A stretch of DNA of 64,000 nt from Ptychodera flava (taxonomy: Eukaryota), in NCBI RefSeq assembly GCF_041260155.1, contig NW_027248355.1:2580078-2644077 (forward strand), given 5' to 3'. Both the position numbers and the translations under genes were made by a program. The notes under the pieces are model-generated. The model saw only the letters and a program-made list of their open reading frames with translations. It was not told where the DNA came from and did not search any database. The first letter of the stretch is position 1, and the number at the start of each line of letters is the position of its first letter. Below, piece by piece: positions 60,470 to 64,000 of this stretch.

Positions 60470-61960
60470 CTTTCATATCCATTTTAATATTAAAATGCAT
60501 TTCCACTATAACTTATTTGTCATTTTATAACTAAGTTTAATTCTAATGGCGATTTTGACTTCAGATTCCTTTCCCTATTTTATTTTCGTTTTCAAAGCTA
60601 AATTCATTTTATTTTTTTAAAATGTAATAATGCTCTTTCATATTTTCTTTTTGATTTGTATTCTGATTTATATTTTTTTTTAATTTATTTTGTTTGAAAA
60701 GTCATCTGTTTTAATTTAATTGAGATATTGCTGTTAATTTCAATTTTGACTTTCTAAAACTAAATTGATTTGTATTTAATTTTGACTTTTGTTCAGATCA
60801 TAATTTTTATTTTCGATTTACTTTTTTCCAAAACTCATGATGTTACAGAGTTTATGCACTTTTAAGTCGATTCTGCATAACGGTCAATTATAGAGAAAAA
60901 AAACAAATAAATTCTGGTGTTAATAGTGTTAGCCATGGATATGAACCTTGGCCTCTACACGCCATCACCAAGGAGGGACACAAATGATGAGATGATAGTT
61001 GTATGTAAATAATCACTGGACAGATTGTATACAGGATGTGTCTTTACCAACACACGCACATGACTTAAGGTAGAACGCACCTCGGGGACAGACATTCAGA
61101 CTCTCAAACTTTTACAATTATCTTCTGATATATACGGTGGCCCCTAGACGCCACATAGAATTTTCTTTCTGAGTGATATAAACTCTTAATTTTCTAGAAA
61201 TTATTTTAAGTAATTATGAAATTTATTTCCCCAAAACAAACTTAAAATTTTGTTGGATGCAACTGTAATTATTAGGGGCAAAACTTTTTTTTTCACGGAC
61301 GAAACTTTCTATATTTGACAGTACAAATTTAATTTTAGTGGACACAACTTCTTGTTACGAGAACAAAACTGATATTTGTAGACGCAACTCTAATTTTGGT
61401 ATACACGACTTTTTAATTTTTGCGGGTACAACTTTAATATTCTTTGCCGGTTTTAATTCTTCAAAAAACAATCAACTTCTTTTCTTCTGAGAGTAAACTT
61501 TTAGTATTTTGTAAGAACTTAAGCTTTACAACGACTAATATTTAATATTGAAAGTAATTCTTCATTTTACATTAGTAAGTTGTAAATACTCAAAAAAAAT
61601 TATTTCTGAAGGCTGAACATTTAACACATGTCGAGATTTTATTTTGTTTTTTGAAGAGTAAACTTTTCATAGCTATATTAATGATTGTGTGATTTAATCA
61701 GAGCACATTCCTAATACCTTGAAAATATTCATTTTAAAGAAAAAAAGTTAATTTTCAAAAGCCAACTGTATTTTTTCAAGACTAAAATTTCAATATTTAG
61801 CACGCATCTTTCACTTTCTGAAATAAATTTTTTAATATTCTGAAGAAATCTGTTGGTTTCGAGACAAATATATATTTGGAAGTCTTTTGTTTTCAAAAAA
61901 GAAATGTTTTACTTTCTCAAGGGATTGTTTAATTTTCTGAAAGGAACAATATATTTTCCT
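60470..61960. repeat. AT-rich low-complexity region with degenerate ~20-25 bp tandem motifs (..N-aactt(t)NNaatatt.. / ttttgactt)
   Basis: Recurrent strings such as acaactttaatattc, taaacttttagtatttt, aaactttctatatttg and gcaactctaattttgg. Confidence 0.6.
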
Positions 61961-62344
61961 AAGTGAATTTTTTTCTTTTTACACAAGTGAATTTTAATTT
62001 TCTAGAGTCGCACAACTCCTGTGAGGGCGCCTTTTCTCTTGTACTGACCAACTCTTTTTGGGAGGGCGCAGTTTCAGTTTTCAACGTGCAAACTTTCTTT
62101 TGAGATGACAAAATATATTTCGAGACAGCAAAATACTTTTTTCTTCGCGGCGGAAGTGAAGTTATCCCACAATTCCCATATAAGAGAACGTTGTAGGAGT
62201 ACACAAACTCAAACAAACAGATAAGATGTGTGCTGCACTGAGCAGGTTCCAGTTCACCGAGTGGAGGGATCGTATTACCTGGCATGTAAAGCGGAAAACC
62301 CGTCCCGTGACGAGACGATCGGGACCCCTTTTGCGGACCCCCAG

Positions 62345-63607
62345 TTTATGATTCATGGGCTATATGTGCGAGGGACAATAATGGGGTCACCATCTCATCA
62401 GCAGCTTTCATCATCCCACCATTCTATAAATTCTTCAGATTCTGATATGGATACTGATGACGGGGCGGTGTATTGTGACGACGAAGAGGGTTTGATACGA
62501 TCTTTTTTCTTTAGAGGATTCATGTATGACGAAATCCTGCTTTTCTTAAGGAAGTACCATAATATTCATATGAGTAAACGAACACTGAATCGTCGTATTA
62601 ACTTGTATGGTTTGAAAAGAAGACGCATAGAGTACGACATCGATACGGTTAGAGACAAAATTAAGGAAATGCTGGATGGGCCCGGGTGCATAGGCGGATA
62701 TCGGACAGTATGGCACAGTCTCAAAATGGAAGGTATGAGTGTACCAAGAATTGTTTTTCAACAATTATTGAAAGAATTGGACCCGGAGGGTAGTTCTTTG
62801 AGAAGAGCACATCGACTCAAGCAGAGGTTATACTTGAATCCTGGACCAAATTTTGCATGGCATGTTGACGGTTATGATAAACTGAAACCGTTTGGATTCC
62901 CCATACATGGAGCCATCGATGGATACAGTAGGAAGATATTGTGGCTTTATGTAACAAAGTCAAATAATCTCCCAGATAACATTGCATCATATTATCTTGA
63001 AGCAGTGAACAGATTTGATGGATGTCCCATTGAGCTAAACTCTGATCTTGGTACAGAGAATGGCACTATTGCTGCAATACAGGCATTTTTCAGGAATGAC
63101 AGTGATGCACATAGATATGTAGCATCTCAGCGGAATCAGAGAATTGAAGCTTGGTGGTCTTTCCTGAGAAAAAATCGCTCTACGTGGTGGATTAATTTCT
63201 TCAAGGATATTGAAGCACAAGGCATTTTTGATTCGACTAGTGTTTTGCAGAAGGAATGCCTGTGGTTTTGTTTTGCGTGTTTACTACAGAACGACCTTGA
63301 TCATGTTCGTGCACGTGAACATTGGAACACTCATTACATCAGGCAGTCAAGACACGATACAGTTCCAGGCAGACCAGACTCACTGTATTATCTCCCAGAA
63401 CTGCATGGAGGTGTAGACAACTTAATCCAGCCAGTTGCACAGGATGAAGTGAATTATGTATATCATGAGCTCATTGATAGAGACAGTGATAATGACTATC
63501 AACAATATTTCCAGTATGTTTTGCAAACATGTGCTATAAGCAAACCACACAACTGGAGAGATGCACTACAACTATATGAAGGGTTAATACAGGTGGCAGA
63601 AGAATAA
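62345..63607 (+). CDS. Intact intronless ORF encoding an N-terminal HTH plus DD35E (rve-type) integrase/transposase-like protein; candidate IS3EU/Ginger-type DNA-transposon transposase or a domesticated integrase gene
   Basis: The track ORF is 459 aa from 62228, and the first in-frame ATG is at 62345. The catalytic triad is in WHVDGYD (D), LNSDLGTENG (D) and, 35 aa later, QRNQRIEAWWSFL (E). This matches the retroviral-integrase/IS3 pattern (W.vD.t / hsDnG.ef / QGkvEr.n.tLK). The upstream ..GYRTVWHSLKMEGMSVPRIVFQQLLKELDPEG..R...Y is the typical IS3-type linker, and an HTH-like FMYDEILLFLRKYHNIHMSKRTLNRRINLYGL precedes it. No RT or LTRs are adjacent. The 3' flank runs off the window, so TIRs could not be assessed. 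Confidence 0.6.
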   Translation, partial: FMIHGLYVRGTIMGSPSHQQLSSSHHSINSSDSDMDTDDGAVYCDDEEGLIRSFFFRGFMYDEILLFLRKYHNIHMSKRTLNRRINLYGLKRRRIEYDIDTVRDKIKEMLDGPGCIGGYRTVWHSLKMEGMSVPRIVFQQLLKELDPEGSSLRRAHRLKQRLYLNPGPNFAWHVDGYDKLKPFGFPIHGAIDGYSRKILWLYVTKSNNLPDNIASYYLEAVNRFDGCPIELNSDLGTENGTIAAIQAFFRNDSDAHRYVASQRNQRIEAWWSFLRKNRSTWWINFFKDIEAQGIFDSTSVLQKECLWFCFACLLQNDLDHVRAREHWNTHYIRQSRHDTVPGRPDSLYYLPELHGGVDNLIQPVAQDEVNYVYHELIDRDSDNDYQQYFQYVLQTCAISKPHNWRDALQLYEGLIQVAEE

Positions 63608-64000
63608 ATCAGTATTCAACATTTTATGAATTCAGAAATTTCAATTCACAATGTGTACGATATCTTTTCACTCTCTTTTATGTGAGCCACTAGCCATATT
63701 GGAATGGTATGGTTAATCCAAGTCCAATACCAAAATCCCATCTCTGGACAGACATTTAGCAAATATACAATCTTTTATCCTTGTGTGTACATTGGCAACA
63801 TAGCATGTACCACCTCTGTGAAATATTGACATACTGAAATGAAATAAATATATTTGTTAGTCTGAAACACTACAAATGACCACTCATACAGTTCTTTATG
63901 TGCCAGTAAGTTATTGGCTGTATAAAGTGAGGGTTTTTTGCAAGTGTCTGTGCGTGTATATGTGTGTGTATATGTATGTGTGTGTATATGAGTGTGCATG

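Overview
This 64 kb window is eukaryotic nuclear DNA, most likely from a metazoan (probably a marine invertebrate). GC content is about 38%, genes are split by GT-AG introns, and microsatellites and retroelements are dense. No prokaryotic operon or defence-island organisation is present. The content is dominated by repeats and mobile elements nested around a few host genes:

- **Tandemly duplicated gene unit.** A ~4.4 kb unit (7870-12260 and 19190-22400 plus 31200-32650) is present twice. Each copy carries a calmodulin-like 4-EF-hand gene on the minus strand. For each gene I can reconstruct three coding exons with consistent splice phases, and the C-terminal exon reads EFAKMMSNIK(M/P)*. The initiator exon was not found.
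- **Ty3/gypsy LTR retrotransposon.** An 8.3 kb element (22846-31147, minus orientation) is inserted into the second unit copy. The LTRs are ~99% identical, a PBS, PPT and a possible ATAT TSD are visible, and gag-PR-RT-RH-IN are all present, but pol is broken by frameshifts and two in-frame TAA codons. The uninterrupted paralogous site in the first copy (~11600) serves as an empty-site control.
- **Older dispersed duplication.** Segments 1-2700 and 14480-18350 are copies of each other. A conserved minus-strand exon is intact in copy 1 and frameshifted in copy 2. Copy 2 also carries a ~1.4 kb hAT-like TIR element (CAGNG termini, TACGCA subterminal repeats) inserted in a (GATA)n microsatellite.
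- **Satellite arrays and retroelement relics.** A ~360 bp satellite array occurs in inverted orientation on both sides of a degenerate Penelope-like reverse-transcriptase relic. Other relics include a CR1/L2-type LINE (36300-39124, with a (TAAA)n tail) and a separate LINE ORF2 C-terminal fragment.
- **Tandem arrays.** There is a ~146 bp satellite array and a 48 bp minisatellite that is open in all frames.
- **Small non-autonomous elements.** A tRNA-derived SINE is followed by long G/C homopolymer hairpins. A second 1.44 kb TIR element has 32 bp inverted termini beginning TTAA. A ~140 bp nested palindrome is also present.
- **FkbM-family methyltransferase gene.** A three-exon minus-strand gene is predicted (signal-anchor exon, then two catalytic exons, with a TATA box upstream).
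- **Integrase-like ORF.** An intact intronless 420-459 aa ORF encodes an HTH plus DD35E (rve-type) integrase/transposase, resembling IS3EU/Ginger-type DNA transposon proteins.

Functional names are inferred from motifs I recognised by eye. No database search was run.
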